From positions 166,767 through 230,766 of the forward strand of contig CAWHXS010000012.1 in NCBI GenBank assembly GCA_963833365.1: a DNA stretch of 64,000 nucleotides, written 5' to 3'. Under the pieces are notes generated by a model. It did not search any database. It had not been told where the DNA came from and saw nothing but the letters and a program-made list of their open reading frames with translations. Position numbers and translations under genes: made by a program. The DNA comes from an uncultured Gemmatimonadales bacterium. GTDB taxonomy: Bacteria; Gemmatimonadota; Gemmatimonadetes; Gemmatimonadales; GWC2-71-9. How positions within the stretch are numbered: position 1 is the stretch's first letter; every line of letters begins with the position of its first letter. Positions 38,890-50,132 of the stretch are shown one piece after another.

Positions 38890-39095
38890 CCTCCACCAAC
38901 GAAGTGCACCAACTCGACCGAATCACCATTCTGGAGTCCGGTATCTGCAAGGCGCGGGCGGCGAACGATCTCCCGATTGAGCTCCACCACGACCATGCGC
39001 GCGTCCAGATCGAGCTGGTGCAGAAGATCGGCGAGGGTTGCCGGGCCTTCGATTGCTCGGGGTTCGCCGTTCACCGTTAGCGTCAGTGTCATCAT
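38886..39095 (-). CDS. thiS: sulfur carrier protein ThiS
   Basis: MMTLTLTVNGEPRAIEGPATLADLL...GDSVELVHFVGGG with a C-terminal GG. It lies in frame with, and without a stop after, the thiE reading frame. Confidence 0.75.
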   Translation of the reverse strand: MMTLTLTVNGEPRAIEGPATLADLLHQLDLDARMVVVELNREIVRRPRLADTGLQNGDSVELVHFVGGG

Positions 39096-39723
39096 GTCTG
39101 CCTCGAGCCAGGGCGCCAGCAGCGCCAGCGCTGCCGCGGCTGGATCCCGCACATGCCATGCGGCGGTGATGGCGGCGATCCCATACGCGCCCGCCTCTCG
39201 CAGCTGCCGGCTCCGCTCGGGAGTCACTCCGCCGATCGCGATGACGGGCCGGCCGAGCCTTGCCACTTCAGTCACCAGTCCCGGTCCGGCCGCGGGTCGG
39301 TCGGGATGGCTGGTGGTGCTGTAGATCGGGCCCACGATCAGAAAATCCGCTCCTGCTTCGAGCGCCGCCCGCGCTTCCTCGGGTGAGTGCACCGAGCTTC
39401 CAATCCAACCCGACCAACTGCCCAGCCGCCAGACGCGCATCGCCCGGGAGCAGATCTCCCGCCCCAAGCTGCACACCCTGGGCGCCCAGCGCCGCGGCAA
39501 TATCGGGCCGTCCGTTCACGAACACCGCCGCCTCCGGTGGCCGGGCCAGCGACAGGAAGCGTCGTACCGTCGCCGTCAGCTTCTCGCCTGTGGCGGTGCG
39601 GTCACGCGCGTGCAGCGCCACGACCGATCCGGTCGAGGCCAGCGCGGCGGCCCGCACGCCCAGATCTTCCAGTTCCAGCACGGCCCGATCGGTTATCGCG
39701 TGCAAGCGAGGCAACGGCCTCAT
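39096..39723 (-). pseudogene. thiE: thiamine-phosphate synthase; frameshift near 39420; reads through into thiS
   Basis: The ATG at 39723 overlaps the fmt TGA (ATGA). MRPLPRLHAITDRAVL...VFVNGRPDIAAALGAQGVQLG comes first. Then ...IGSSVHSPEEARAALEAGADFLIVGPIYSTTSHP...IAIGGV is in the frame of ORF 38886..39500. Confidence 0.75.
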
Positions 39724-40644
39724 ACCAGCCGGTGACCGGGCTCCACGCGGTGGCCTCGAGTCCAGGCGCCAACCGCCATGCGAGTCTTCCCCGCGGGCTG
39801 GACCTCTGCCACCTCCACGGCACCCACGCCTGCGGCGACATGGAGCGTCTGGCCCGCTTCCAAGCACGGTACCCGGCTCACCACTCCCGTTCACCGCGCG
39901 GCCACCGAACAGCTTCAGCTCCATGTTGTCCAACGACGTCCAGGCTCCCGGTTCCGGATCGAAGGCCCGGATGGTTCGAGCGACAGACGCCGCATCCCGC
40001 CCCCAGTCGAGCCGGGTTGTGTCGCGATCGATCTTGGGGGCGTACGTGGCGCGGCTGTGGTCCTGCGGCTCGAGTTTGGCTGCGTCCCCCGCGACCATGG
40101 TGAGGGCCTCCACCAGTGCCGCGGCTCCCAGCTCCGCAAGGCGCTCGAGCAACTCACCACCGGTCTCGTCCCTTGCCACCTCGGTTTCGATGCAGTGCAG
40201 GACCGGTCCGGTATCCAGCCCCGGCTCCAGCTGCATGATGCTGACGCCGGTCGTCTCGTCTCCGTTCAGAATGGACCACTGAACCGGCGCGGGGCCGCGG
40301 TGCTTGGGCAGCAGGGAAGCATGCACGTTCAGCATGCCGCGCCGCGGAATGGCCAGGATCGCCGGTTTGAGGATGTGCCCGTAGGCGACGACGACGCCCA
40401 GCTCAGGATCGTAACTGCGCAGGGCCGACTCGAACTCTTCTCCGAAGGGGCGCTCGGGTTGCAGGATGGGCAGATCCTCTTCCAGCGCGGCAACCTTGAC
40501 GGGCGGGGGAATGAGCGTGCTGCGGGAGCGTCCCACCGCGCGGTCGGGCTGGGTGACCACCAGCGCCACGTCGAAGCCTTCCTCGACCAGCGCCCGCAGT
40601 GATGGAACGGCGAAGTCCGGCGTACCGAAGAACACGAGGCGCAT
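39720..40644 (-). pseudogene. fmt: methionyl-tRNA formyltransferase; frameshift near 39870
   Basis: MRLVFFGTPDFAVPSLRAL...NVHASLLPKHRGPAPVQWSI... The C-terminus EAGQTLHVAAGVGAVEVAEVQPAGKTRMAVGAWTRGHRVEPGHRLV is restored by removing one base. Confidence 0.85.
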
Positions 40645-41175
40645 CAGATCGTCCCCGCGGACGCGGGCCCCACCTCCGAGACGAAGCTGTCGCCTTCGTG
40701 TTCCTTCTTCCACTTCGACAGGATTCGCTTCCGCTTCAGGAGGCCGAGGTGATCCACGAAGAGAATGCCATCGAGGTGGTCGATTTCGTGCTGGACCGCC
40801 CGGGCGGCGAGACCGTCGAGCGTCTTGGTGTAGCGGTTTCCCGTCGCGATCCGTGGCTTCCAGCACGACTTTGCTCGGGCCGGGTCACGTCGGCGTAGAC
40901 CTTGGGAATCGACAGGCAGCCTTCTTCGGCCGTGTCTCGCCCCTCGGCATCGAGGATCACCGGGTTGATCAGGACCAGCTTCTCGTCCTCGGTTTCCACC
41001 ACGGCGACGCGGCGCGCCACTCCGACCTGGTTGGCCGCCAGCCCCACGCCCTTGGCGGCGTGCATGGTCTCGAAGAGGTCGTCCACGAACTGGCGCACCT
41101 CGTCGTCGATCGCCGAGACCTCGGCGCTTCGCTCCCGCAACACGGGAGAGCCAAGCAGGTGGAGCGGCAGCAGAC

Positions 41176-41179
<4 letters not shown>
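40644..41179 (-). pseudogene. def: peptide deformylase; two frameshifts near 40885 and 40850
   Basis: Motif 1 is GVGLAANQ and motif 2 is EGCLSIP, both in ORF 40736..41179. Motif 3, QHEIDHLDG, is in ORF 40644..41210. The bridging VVLEATDRDG is in the third frame. Confidence 0.85.
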
Positions 41180-42843
<1,664 letters not shown>

Positions 42844-42853
<10 letters not shown>

Positions 42854-43872
42854 AACATTGCATCTCCGTACGAGTAGAACCGGTATCTCTCCGCAACGCC
42901 GTGCCGATACGCGGCCATGGTGAGATCATAGCCCGCGAAGGCGGAGACCAGCATCAACAGAGTTGAACGGGGGAGGTGGAAGTTGGTTAGCAGGTGATCA
43001 ACTACCCTGAATTGAAAACCCGGTGTGATCATAAGCTGGGTTTCCGCGCTGCCCGACCGCACCAGGCCACCTTCCGCACCAGCGCTTTCGAGCGCTCTCA
43101 CCACCGTGGTACCGACCGCCCAGACGCTGCCCTTCGTTTTGCGAACCTCCGCGATCGCGGTCGCCGTTGCCTCGGGGATGTCAAACCGCTCCGGATGCAT
43201 GTGGTGCCGAGTGAGATCCTCGACTTCGACCGGCTTGAAGGTCCCGGGGCCGACTTCGAGATCGAGTCGCGCGATGCGCACGTCCCGCTGCTCAAGCTCC
43301 TTGAGGATCTCGGCGGTGAAGTGCAGACCCGCGGTCGGCGCGGCGACACTCCCTTCCTGCTCCGCGTATACCGTCTGATATCTGATCTCGTCGTTCGAAT
43401 CGGGGTCCCGCTCGATGTAGGGAGGGAGCGGCAGCCGGCCCAGGCGTCGAATCGCTTCTTCCGCAGTAGCCCCGATGAATCGGATCTCGCGCTGGCCATC
43501 CTCCAACTCCGCGACGGTTTCCACCTCGATGTCCGGTGCCAGACGGATCCGCTTGCCAGGCTTCATCGCCGAACCGGGCCGGCCGATCGCGATCCATGCA
43601 CCCTCGGTACCCGGATGCAGCAACAACACCTCCGCGGGCGCGCCGCTCGGCCGAGTCCCCAGAAACCGCGCGTGCCGGACCCGAGTGCTATTCAGGACCA
43701 GCAGGTCTCCGGGAGGGATGAGCTGGGTCAGATCGCCGAAGCTTCGGTCTTCCAGCTCGGCATAATACCGCCTAACTACGAGCAGCCGGCTGGTTCCGCG
43801 CTCGGCGATGGGATACTGCGCGATGAGCTCGGGTGGGAGGGAGTAGTCGAAGTCGGAGGTGTGGTAGGGCAC
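42844..43872 (-). CDS. queA: S-adenosylmethionine:tRNA ribosyltransferase-isomerase
   Basis: ORF 42844..43956 trimmed to the GTG at 43872 (MPYHTSDFDYSLPPELIAQYP, compare E. coli MRVTDFSFELPESLIAHYP). The upstream part of the ORF is read from a repeat arm. Confidence 0.85.
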
Positions 43873-43886
43873 GGGGTGGGAAAAGC

Positions 43887-43977
43887 AGTAGTGGGTAGTG
43901 GGTTGTGGGTTGTGGGGAATGCGATCGACGCTTCCGGTTTGACTACTCCCCACCACCCACTACCCACAACCCACAAC
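43887..43977. repeat. heptamer-arm hairpin (GGTAGTG/GGTTGTG vs CCACTAC/CCACAAC)
   Basis: Left arm 43887-43917, 25-nt loop, right arm 43943-43977. About 6 of 7 positions are complementary per unit. Located between the ruvB stop and the queA start. Confidence 0.85.
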
Positions 43978-43988
43978 CCGCCCCGCTC

Positions 43989-45011
43989 CTACTCAAACAT
44001 CGACGGCTGTGAAGCAGGCATCTTCATCCCGAACCGCCGGTAGGCATGTGCGGTTGCGACCCGGCCCCGTGCGGTGCGTTCGAGGAAACCCTGCTGGATC
44101 AGGTACGGCTCGTAGACTTCCTCCAGGGTCCCGCTGTCTTCGCCCACCGCCACGGCAACCGTGTTGAGACCTACCGGCCCGCCGCTGAACTTCTCGATGA
44201 TGGTCTTGAGTATGCGCGCGTCCATGTCGTCGAGACCGAACTCATCCACGTTGAGCCGGCTCAGGGCGTCGCGGGCAACCTGTGCCGTGATGATTCCGTT
44301 AGCCCGCACCTGGGCATAGTCCCGCACCCGGCGCAACAGGCGGTTGGCCACGCGCGGTGTCCCGCGGCTTCGCTTCGCCAGCTCTTCGGCTCCCTCTTGC
44401 TCGATCGGAACATTGAGGATCTGCGCCGATCTCTCGACGATGGTCTTGAGCTCATCGGCGGGATAGAAATTCAGCCGTTCCACCATTCCGAAGCGGGCTC
44501 GCATGGGTGGAGTCAGCAGACCAAACCGGGTCGTGGCGCCGATCAGGGTAAAGCGCTCGATCGCCATCGGAATGGTCTGGGCGTGGGGTCCGTCGGCGAT
44601 GCGCACCTCGACCCGATAGTCCTCCATCGCGGGGTAGAGGAACTCCTCGAGTACGGGACGGAGGCGATGGATCTCGTCGATGAAGAGCACGTCGCCCGGC
44701 TGCAGGGTGGTCAGCAGGCTCACCAGATCGCCTGGCTTTTCGAGAACCGGCCCCGACGTGGTCCTGAGCTGAACGCCCATCTCGCGGGCGAGCAGTGTCG
44801 CCAGCGTCGTCTTACCGAGTCCCGGCGGACCGAAGAAGAGGGTGTGATCGAGCGGCTCTCCCCGGGCCTTCGCGGCATCGATCGCGATCTGGAGCGAGGC
44901 CTTCACCTGCACCTGCCCCACGAACTCGTCGAGCCGAGAGGGCCGGAGCGCCGCTTCGGCGCCGGTCTCCTCGGGGAGGACGTCGGGGGTGGTGATCTCC
45001 AGGCGGCTCAT
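43989..45011 (-). CDS. ruvB: Holliday junction branch migration DNA helicase RuvB
   Basis: GPPGLGKTT Walker A, DEIHRL, full-length RuvB. Start taken at Met9 (ATG 45011), which shares one base with the TGA of the upstream small ORF. The GTG at 45035 is an alternative start. Confidence 0.9.
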   Translation of the reverse strand: MSRLEITTPDVLPEETGAEAALRPSRLDEFVGQVQVKASLQIAIDAAKARGEPLDHTLFFGPPGLGKTTLATLLAREMGVQLRTTSGPVLEKPGDLVSLLTTLQPGDVLFIDEIHRLRPVLEEFLYPAMEDYRVEVRIADGPHAQTIPMAIERFTLIGATTRFGLLTPPMRARFGMVERLNFYPADELKTIVERSAQILNVPIEQEGAEELAKRSRGTPRVANRLLRRVRDYAQVRANGIITAQVARDALSRLNVDEFGLDDMDARILKTIIEKFSGGPVGLNTVAVAVGEDSGTLEEVYEPYLIQQGFLERTARGRVATAHAYRRFGMKMPASQPSMFE

Positions 45012-45187
45012 CAATCGATCGATCTGGCGTCCCACCGCACCGGCCGGTCACCAGGCTGGACCATGTGCTTCACGTGGCAGTGAATGCAACGGTCTTCCGC
45101 TTCCCGGGTCCCGGAGGCAAGCAGCAGGCGATTGGTGCTCCCGCATCGGGTGCAGAGCCATTCGGCGGTTGTAGCTGCGACAGTCAT
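45011..45187 (-). CDS. small zinc-ribbon-like protein (58 aa)
   Basis: ATG at 45187. [41 protein letters not shown]... has two CxxC pairs. Its TGA overlaps the ruvB ATG (TGATG). No clear RBS. Below the ORF-track cut-off. Confidence 0.45.
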   Translation of the reverse strand: MTVAATTAEWLCTRCGSTNRLLLASGTREAEDRCIHCHVKHMVQPGDRPVRWDARSID

Positions 45188-45238
45188 GGAGTCTCTAGGT
45201 GAGTTCCGAGTTTCCGCGTACTGAGTCCCGAGAGCAGC

Positions 45239-45266
45239 CTTCTCACTTCTTACTTCTCACATCTCA
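45239..45266. repeat. heptamer array CTTCTCA x4 (complement of the GTGAGAG family)
   Basis: CTTCTCA CTTCTTA CTTCTCA CATCTCA, lying 8 nt beyond the ruvA stop codon. Confidence 0.8.
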
Positions 45267-45273
45267 CGCTTTT

Positions 45274-45864
45274 TTAGCGCTTCCCCGCCAGCCTCTGCAG
45301 CGCCTGCTTGATCAGCTGCGCCGTATCCGAGGAGCCGTCGGCGGCCAGCGCGTCGCGCACCGCGCTCTCGGCCTGCGCGGGAGGATAACCGAGCCGTGTG
45401 AGGGCGGCCAGCGCCTCCTCGCTTGGCCCCATCGAAGCGGGCGGCAGCTCGCCCCCAACCTCCTCGAACCGGTCGTGCAGCTCCAGCACCAGTCGCTCGG
45501 CCTTCTTCTTTCCTATGCCGCTCACCGTGCTGAGAGCCGCGATGTCCTTCTGCCGGATACTCCGCACGGTGCGATCGGCCCCCAACGTCGACAGCAACGC
45601 CAGCGCCAGCCTGGGGCCGAAGCCACTCGCGGAAAGCAGTCGCTGAAAGACGAGGCGTTCCGCCGGGCGATCGAACCCAAAGAGGGCCCAGCCATCCTCC
45701 TTCACCACCAGCTCGGTGTGGAGCTGCACCTTGGAGCCGACCGCCGGCAATCTTTCCACGACGCCGAGCGGGAGGGTGATGCTGTAGCCGACTCCGCCCG
45801 AAGTCTCGATCAGAACGGTGTCGCCATCCCGCGAGCGAAGGATTCCGGCAACCAGCGCGATCAT
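45274..45864 (-). CDS. ruvA: Holliday junction DNA helicase RuvA
   Basis: ORF 45274..46281 trimmed to Met140 (MIALVAGILRSRDGDTVLIETSGGVGYSI...). HhH motifs are present (VSGIGKKKAERL). Its ATG overlaps the ruvC TGA. Confidence 0.9.
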   Translation of the reverse strand: MIALVAGILRSRDGDTVLIETSGGVGYSITLPLGVVERLPAVGSKVQLHTELVVKEDGWALFGFDRPAERLVFQRLLSASGFGPRLALALLSTLGADRTVRSIRQKDIAALSTVSGIGKKKAERLVLELHDRFEEVGGELPPASMGPSEEALAALTRLGYPPAQAESAVRDALAADGSSDTAQLIKQALQRLAGKR

Positions 45865-46370
45865 CCGCGGCGTCCCAGGAAGGGGGCGAGGCTTTTCGGG
45901 GCGGTGCGCAGCAGATGGGTGAGCGCGATGGCGACTCCATCGGCTGCGTCGGCGGGACGGGGAGCGCTCTTGAGCCGGAGCAGCTGCGCCACCATGAAGC
46001 CCACCTGAGGTTTGAGCGCTGCTCCGCGGCCTACGACCGTCTGTTTGACGACGGCGGGCGAGTATTCGGTGACCGGCACTCCCCGCAGCGCTGCCGCCAG
46101 CAGGATTGCTCCCCGCGCGTGACCCAGCACCAGCGCCGATCTCACATTGCGGGCCGCAAAGATCCCTTCGACAACGACACTCTCGGGGGACAGACGGTCG
46201 ATGAGGCCGAGCAATTCGTCGTGGATCAGTCGCAGCCGTTCCGGCAGGGGATCCCGGGGCAGGGTCTTGATGACCCCGCACTCGATTAATTGCGGGGCCC
46301 GGCCAATCCGGGCTTCGACGACACCGTAGCCCGTAATCGCGGTGCCCGGATCGATGCCGAGCACCCTCAC
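45861..46370 (-). CDS. ruvC: crossover junction endodeoxyribonuclease RuvC
   Basis: ORF trimmed to the GTG at 46370 (MRVLGIDPGTAITGYGVV, compare E. coli MAIILGIDPGSRVTGYGVI). Conserved acidic residues are present. Confidence 0.85.
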   Translation of the reverse strand: MRVLGIDPGTAITGYGVVEARIGRAPQLIECGVIKTLPRDPLPERLRLIHDELLGLIDRLSPESVVVEGIFAARNVRSALVLGHARGAILLAAALRGVPVTEYSPAVVKQTVVGRGAALKPQVGFMVAQLLRLKSAPRPADAADGVAIALTHLLRTAPKSLAPFLGRRG

Positions 46371-46383
46371 GGGAGGTGACGGC

Positions 46384-47139
46384 TCAGGCCGATGTCTCCG
46401 CCTCCGCCATCGCGGCCGCGTCGATGTCGAAGTTGGAAAAGACCTTCGAAACGTCGTCCAGCTCTTCCAGCGTTTCCATGAGCCGGAGCATCTGCTCCGC
46501 CTGCTTGCCCTCGACTCGCACCGTGTTCTTGGGGACCATCGCAAGCTCGGCAGTTTCGATGGTGTAACGCTTGGCCTTCAAGGCGTCCTGCACCGCGTGG
46601 AAGCTGTGCGGGGTGGTGGATACCACGTACTGCTCGCCATCGCGGACGAAGTCTTCGGCCCCGGCGTCGAGTGCGGCCTCGAGTGCCGTGTCTTCATCGA
46701 ACTTGGTTGCGTCGATGTAGATCTGGCCTTTGCGCTCGAACATCCAGGCCACCGAATTGGTGGCGCCGAGGTTGCCGCTGTTGCGGCTGAACGCATGGCG
46801 GATCTCGGCCACCGTGCGGTTCGCGTTGTCGGTGGTCGCCTCGATCAGGATCGCGGCGCCACCCGGCCCGTAGCCCTCGTAGGTGACTTCCTCGTAGACC
46901 GCGCCCTCGAGCTCTCCGGTTCCCTTCTTGATGGCCCGATCGATGTTGTCGGCCGGCATGTTGACGGCCTTGGCGGCGTCAATCGCCGTGCGAAGGCGGG
47001 GATTACCGCCCGGATCGCCACCACCGGCCTTGGCCGCCACGGTGATTTCGCGGATGGCCTTGGTCCAGGAGGCGCCGCGTTTCTGGTCGGCGATCGCCTT
47101 CTTGCGTTTGATTTGTTTCCACTTGCTATGGCCAGCCAT
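46384..47139 (-). CDS. yebC: YebC/PmpR-family DNA-binding transcriptional regulator
   Basis: MAGHSKWKQIKRKKA... full-length 251 aa. Confidence 0.9.
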   Translation of the reverse strand: MAGHSKWKQIKRKKAIADQKRGASWTKAIREITVAAKAGGGDPGGNPRLRTAIDAAKAVNMPADNIDRAIKKGTGELEGAVYEEVTYEGYGPGGAAILIEATTDNANRTVAEIRHAFSRNSGNLGATNSVAWMFERKGQIYIDATKFDEDTALEAALDAGAEDFVRDGEQYVVSTTPHSFHAVQDALKAKRYTIETAELAMVPKNTVRVEGKQAEQMLRLMETLEELDDVSKVFSNFDIDAAAMAEAETSA

Positions 47140-47218
47140 GCCGCGGCTCCTGGATTCTGCTCTGGCGAGATCTGACCGGATAATACAGCGGAGGCCAGTT
47201 GGGGGGGAGACAGTCTTC

Positions 47219-47324
47219 GGCCATAAGCCTTAAACCACACGCATTAAGCCCGTCCCCGACCACGAAAGAGGACCAGAAAGCGTGAATCGCTTACGCTTTA
47301 TGGCTGACGGCTGATGGCTGACGG
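47219..47324. repeat. heptamer-type imperfect hairpin plus a CTGACGG array
   Basis: CCATAAG CCTTAAA CCACACG CATTAAG (47221-47248) on one side. CTTACG CTTTATGG CTGACGG CTGATGG CTGACGG (47290-47324) on the other. Confidence 0.7.
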
Positions 47325-47373
47325 CTTCCCGGCCATTGACCCCCTAGGGGCCCACCACTAATCTCCGCCGCCT

Positions 47374-47760
47374 ATGCGTCCACAACTTCTGGCTGTCGCG
47401 CTGGTTCTTGCTCTGGCCTGCAAGGAAGACCGGCCCAAGATGCCTCCGATCGCCGAGACCATTCCCGAGCTCCCGGTCCCACCCGACGGAGAAGCCATCT
47501 CCCATGCCGGCGGTGAGGATGCGACTCAGATCCGCTTCAAGAGCTCCGAGGGTCCGGAGGAGATCGCGACCTACTATCGCAATTACTTCAGCAAGAACAA
47601 CTGGCGACTGGTGAGCGACATCAAGACCCGTGAAGGCGTCATTGTGATGTACGCGGAAGGAGTGAAGCGGCCCCTCTGGGTCACGATCACCAAGGTCAGC
47701 GGGGAGGATGGAAGCCTGATCGATATCGCCGGGGCTAAGGCTCCGTCGTCAGTGCAATAG
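47374..47760 (+). CDS. hypothetical lipoprotein
   Basis: MRPQLLAVALVLALAC lipobox. 128 aa. No family recognised. Confidence 0.6.
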   Translation: MRPQLLAVALVLALACKEDRPKMPPIAETIPELPVPPDGEAISHAGGEDATQIRFKSSEGPEEIATYYRNYFSKNNWRLVSDIKTREGVIVMYAEGVKRPLWVTITKVSGEDGSLIDIAGAKAPSSVQ

Positions 47761-47766
47761 GAAGAA

Positions 47767-48645
47767 TTATCTCCCCGGTTCGACCATATCCTCGAACCGC
47801 AGCCATTCGTGGTAGAAGTAGAGGTCGACGAAACCAGTCGTGCCGTTGCGATTCTTGGCCACGATGAGCTCTGTCGCTCCTTCGACCCCACCCGCCGGCC
47901 GGTACATCTCTTCGCGGTAGATCGCCAGGACCACATCCGCCACTTGCTTCACCACTCCCAGGCCACCCAGGTCTTCGAGCGAGGGGCGGGGATCCCGTCG
48001 ACTGGGCTTGAGGCCCGGTAGCTGGGCCAGGACCAGTACCGCGACATCATGATCCAGCGCCAGTGCCTTGAGTGCTCGAGCCGCACCTGCCACCGCTTCG
48101 TCAGGCCCATTGGCCGAGGTCGGCGGTGCGGTCATCTGCAACGAATCAATCACCAGAAGCGCTCGGCGGGGCACCGTATCCAGTGCCTCCGACACCTCGG
48201 TGAATCGCTGTCCGCTGAGCGACCGGACCTGCAGCGGAAGGTCACGGAGCCGGAGCGCCGCCGCACCGACCGAGGCACGGCTCACATCGTCGAGTGCTCC
48301 GCTTCGGAGCGCGTCTACCGGCACCCGGGCCTCGAGGGCCAGGGCCCGTTCCATGAGGCGATCTTCCGTCATCTCCCCCGACAGGAAGACCGTGGGCACT
48401 CCAGACTGGGCACCCCGGATGGCCATCGCGAGTCCCAGCGACGACTTCCCGCTTCCCACATCACCCGCCAGAACGATCAGGTCCTGACGCCGGAACCCGC
48501 CTGCGAGCATCCGATCAAGCGAGGGGAAGCCGGTCGGAACGGTATCGGTCGCCACCGTGCCGTCGCTGCGCGCGTCCATTCGCTGGACCAGCGCCTCGAC
48601 GGTGGTGGAAGGTTCCTTGTTATGAGAAGGGCGGGGGCGTTGCAT
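47767..48645 (-). CDS. DnaB-helicase C-terminal (RecA-like) domain protein lacking the DnaB N-terminal domain
   Basis: TGFPSLDRMLAGGFRRQDLIVLAGDVGSGKSS (Walker A), ALLVIDSLQ (Walker B-like), and IVAKNRNGTTGFVDLYFYHEWLRFED (typical DnaB C-terminus). Only 292 aa. Confidence 0.7.
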   Translation of the reverse strand: MQRPRPSHNKEPSTTVEALVQRMDARSDGTVATDTVPTGFPSLDRMLAGGFRRQDLIVLAGDVGSGKSSLGLAMAIRGAQSGVPTVFLSGEMTEDRLMERALALEARVPVDALRSGALDDVSRASVGAAALRLRDLPLQVRSLSGQRFTEVSEALDTVPRRALLVIDSLQMTAPPTSANGPDEAVAGAARALKALALDHDVAVLVLAQLPGLKPSRRDPRPSLEDLGGLGVVKQVADVVLAIYREEMYRPAGGVEGATELIVAKNRNGTTGFVDLYFYHEWLRFEDMVEPGR

Positions 48646-48666
48646 GCCTCAATTATACGCCTTTGG

Positions 48667-49056
48667 TCAGCGACCGAGGGGATGCAATGCCTGACGAGCA
48701 GTCCTTTCGGCCTTGCGGACGGCTTCGGCCGCCTCCTGGCCCGCAGCTTCCCGGGCCGGGGCGACCAACGCATTGAGGATGCCGGGCACCGATTCCCGCG
48801 TGGCGTCGCGCAACTGGTGCAGGGCTGCTGTGAGGGCCCGCCGGAGCGGGGCGGGGACGGTGAGGCTGGACATGCGCGACTCGAGTGCCGTTATCCGACG
48901 CCGTACATTGCGCTCTGTGAGCGGTGGCTCGAGTTGAAGGTCCTGCGCCACCCGAAGCGTCAGCCACAATGCGAAGAGTCCCTCGCGCCGGGGGCCCCGG
49001 GCACTGCGGGCGAGGAGTGAAATTAGCTCGATTGCCGCCGGATCCCAGCCGTTCAT
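48667..49056 (-). CDS. hypothetical protein (129 aa)
   Basis: ORF 48667..49167 trimmed to Met38, whose ATG overlaps the GT9 TGA (ATGA). Helical, Arg/Ala-rich. No family recognised. Confidence 0.45.
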   Translation of the reverse strand: MNGWDPAAIELISLLARSARGPRREGLFALWLTLRVAQDLQLEPPLTERNVRRRITALESRMSSLTVPAPLRRALTAALHQLRDATRESVPGILNALVAPAREAAGQEAAEAVRKAERTARQALHPLGR

Positions 49057-50066
49057 GCGCTCAGCTCGGTGAGAGCGAGTTCGACTTCTGCAGGCGTGAT
49101 CTCCTTCAGGCAACGATGGTGCACCAGGGGACACCGTGGAGTGCCCTTGGCACTGCAAGGACGACATCCCAGGTCGCGTTGCAAAACCGTCGCCCGCGCC
49201 CGGTAGGGAAAGAACCCGAAGGCCTGGACGGTGGGGCCGAACAGGGCAACGACCGGCGTGCCGATCGCAGTAGCCATGTGCATGACCCCGGTGTCTCCGG
49301 TAACTGCAACCGCCGCGCGCGCCAGCACCGCCCCCGATTCCTGGAGTCCCAGTTGGCCGGCGGCCGAAGCCGCCAAGCCGTTGCCAGCCGCGGCCACGCC
49401 GGCGCAGAGAGCATCATCCTCCGGGCCGCCGATCACGGCGACCCGGGCTCCGGAGCCGGTTACCGACTCTACCAGCTTGCGCCAGTGATCCTGCGGCCAG
49501 CGTTTGGTGGCATGGGCCGCGCCGGGGGCGACGACCAGAAGCTTCCGGTCTCCATTCAGGCCATTCTCGGACAACCAGCGTGCCGCATTCTCTTTGGCCG
49601 AAGGATGCAGGTGCATTTCGGCCGGCGCCTGGTCCGGTGTCACGTCGAGGTCTCGGGCAGCCTCGAAGTAGCGCTCGGGTACCGGCAGGATGTCCCGGTA
49701 GAGGTTGCGTTTGTAGCGGATCAGGGCGCGACGCTGGCGCCGGCGGGCATCGAAGCCGCTCCACCGCCCCGGCACCAGCAGCCGAAGAACCCGAGACCTC
49801 AGGCTGCCGTGCAGGTCGAGGAGATGAGTGTAGTTCCTGAGTCGAAGCTCCCGGGCCATGGCCGCGATCGAATCCTGGGGGTCCAGGGTCAGCACATCGT
49901 TGAGATGCGGGTTATCGGAGAGCAGTGGAGCAAATGCGGACTTGGTCAGCGCCGTGATGGTCGCCCCTGGATGCCGGGCACGCAAGGCCCGGAGCAGAGG
50001 AGTGATGAGCAAGACGTCGCCGATGGAGCTGAAACGGACGGCCAGGATTCGCGGGTCGCTGGGCAC
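49053..50066 (-). CDS. glycosyltransferase family 9 (heptosyltransferase-like)
   Basis: ILAVRFSSIGDVLLITPLLRALRARHP is the typical GT9 N-terminus. The C-terminal region is GDTGVMHMATAIGTPVVALFGPT. Confidence 0.8.
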   Translation of the reverse strand: MPSDPRILAVRFSSIGDVLLITPLLRALRARHPGATITALTKSAFAPLLSDNPHLNDVLTLDPQDSIAAMARELRLRNYTHLLDLHGSLRSRVLRLLVPGRWSGFDARRRQRRALIRYKRNLYRDILPVPERYFEAARDLDVTPDQAPAEMHLHPSAKENAARWLSENGLNGDRKLLVVAPGAAHATKRWPQDHWRKLVESVTGSGARVAVIGGPEDDALCAGVAAAGNGLAASAAGQLGLQESGAVLARAAVAVTGDTGVMHMATAIGTPVVALFGPTVQAFGFFPYRARATVLQRDLGCRPCSAKGTPRCPLVHHRCLKEITPAEVELALTELSA

Positions 50067-50120
50067 CGGAATAAGCTAGCCTGACTCCTGCCCACCCGCC
50101 CGCCGGGGTGCGGCCTTGCC

Positions 50121-50126
50121 TATAAT
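50121..50126 (+). promoter_or_regulatory. perfect TATAAT -10 hexamer 6 nt upstream of the regulator ATG (possible leaderless mRNA)
   Basis: TATAAT at 50121-50126 and ATG at 50133. No SD sequence and no recognisable -35 element. Confidence 0.3.
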
Positions 50127-50132
50127 TCATCC

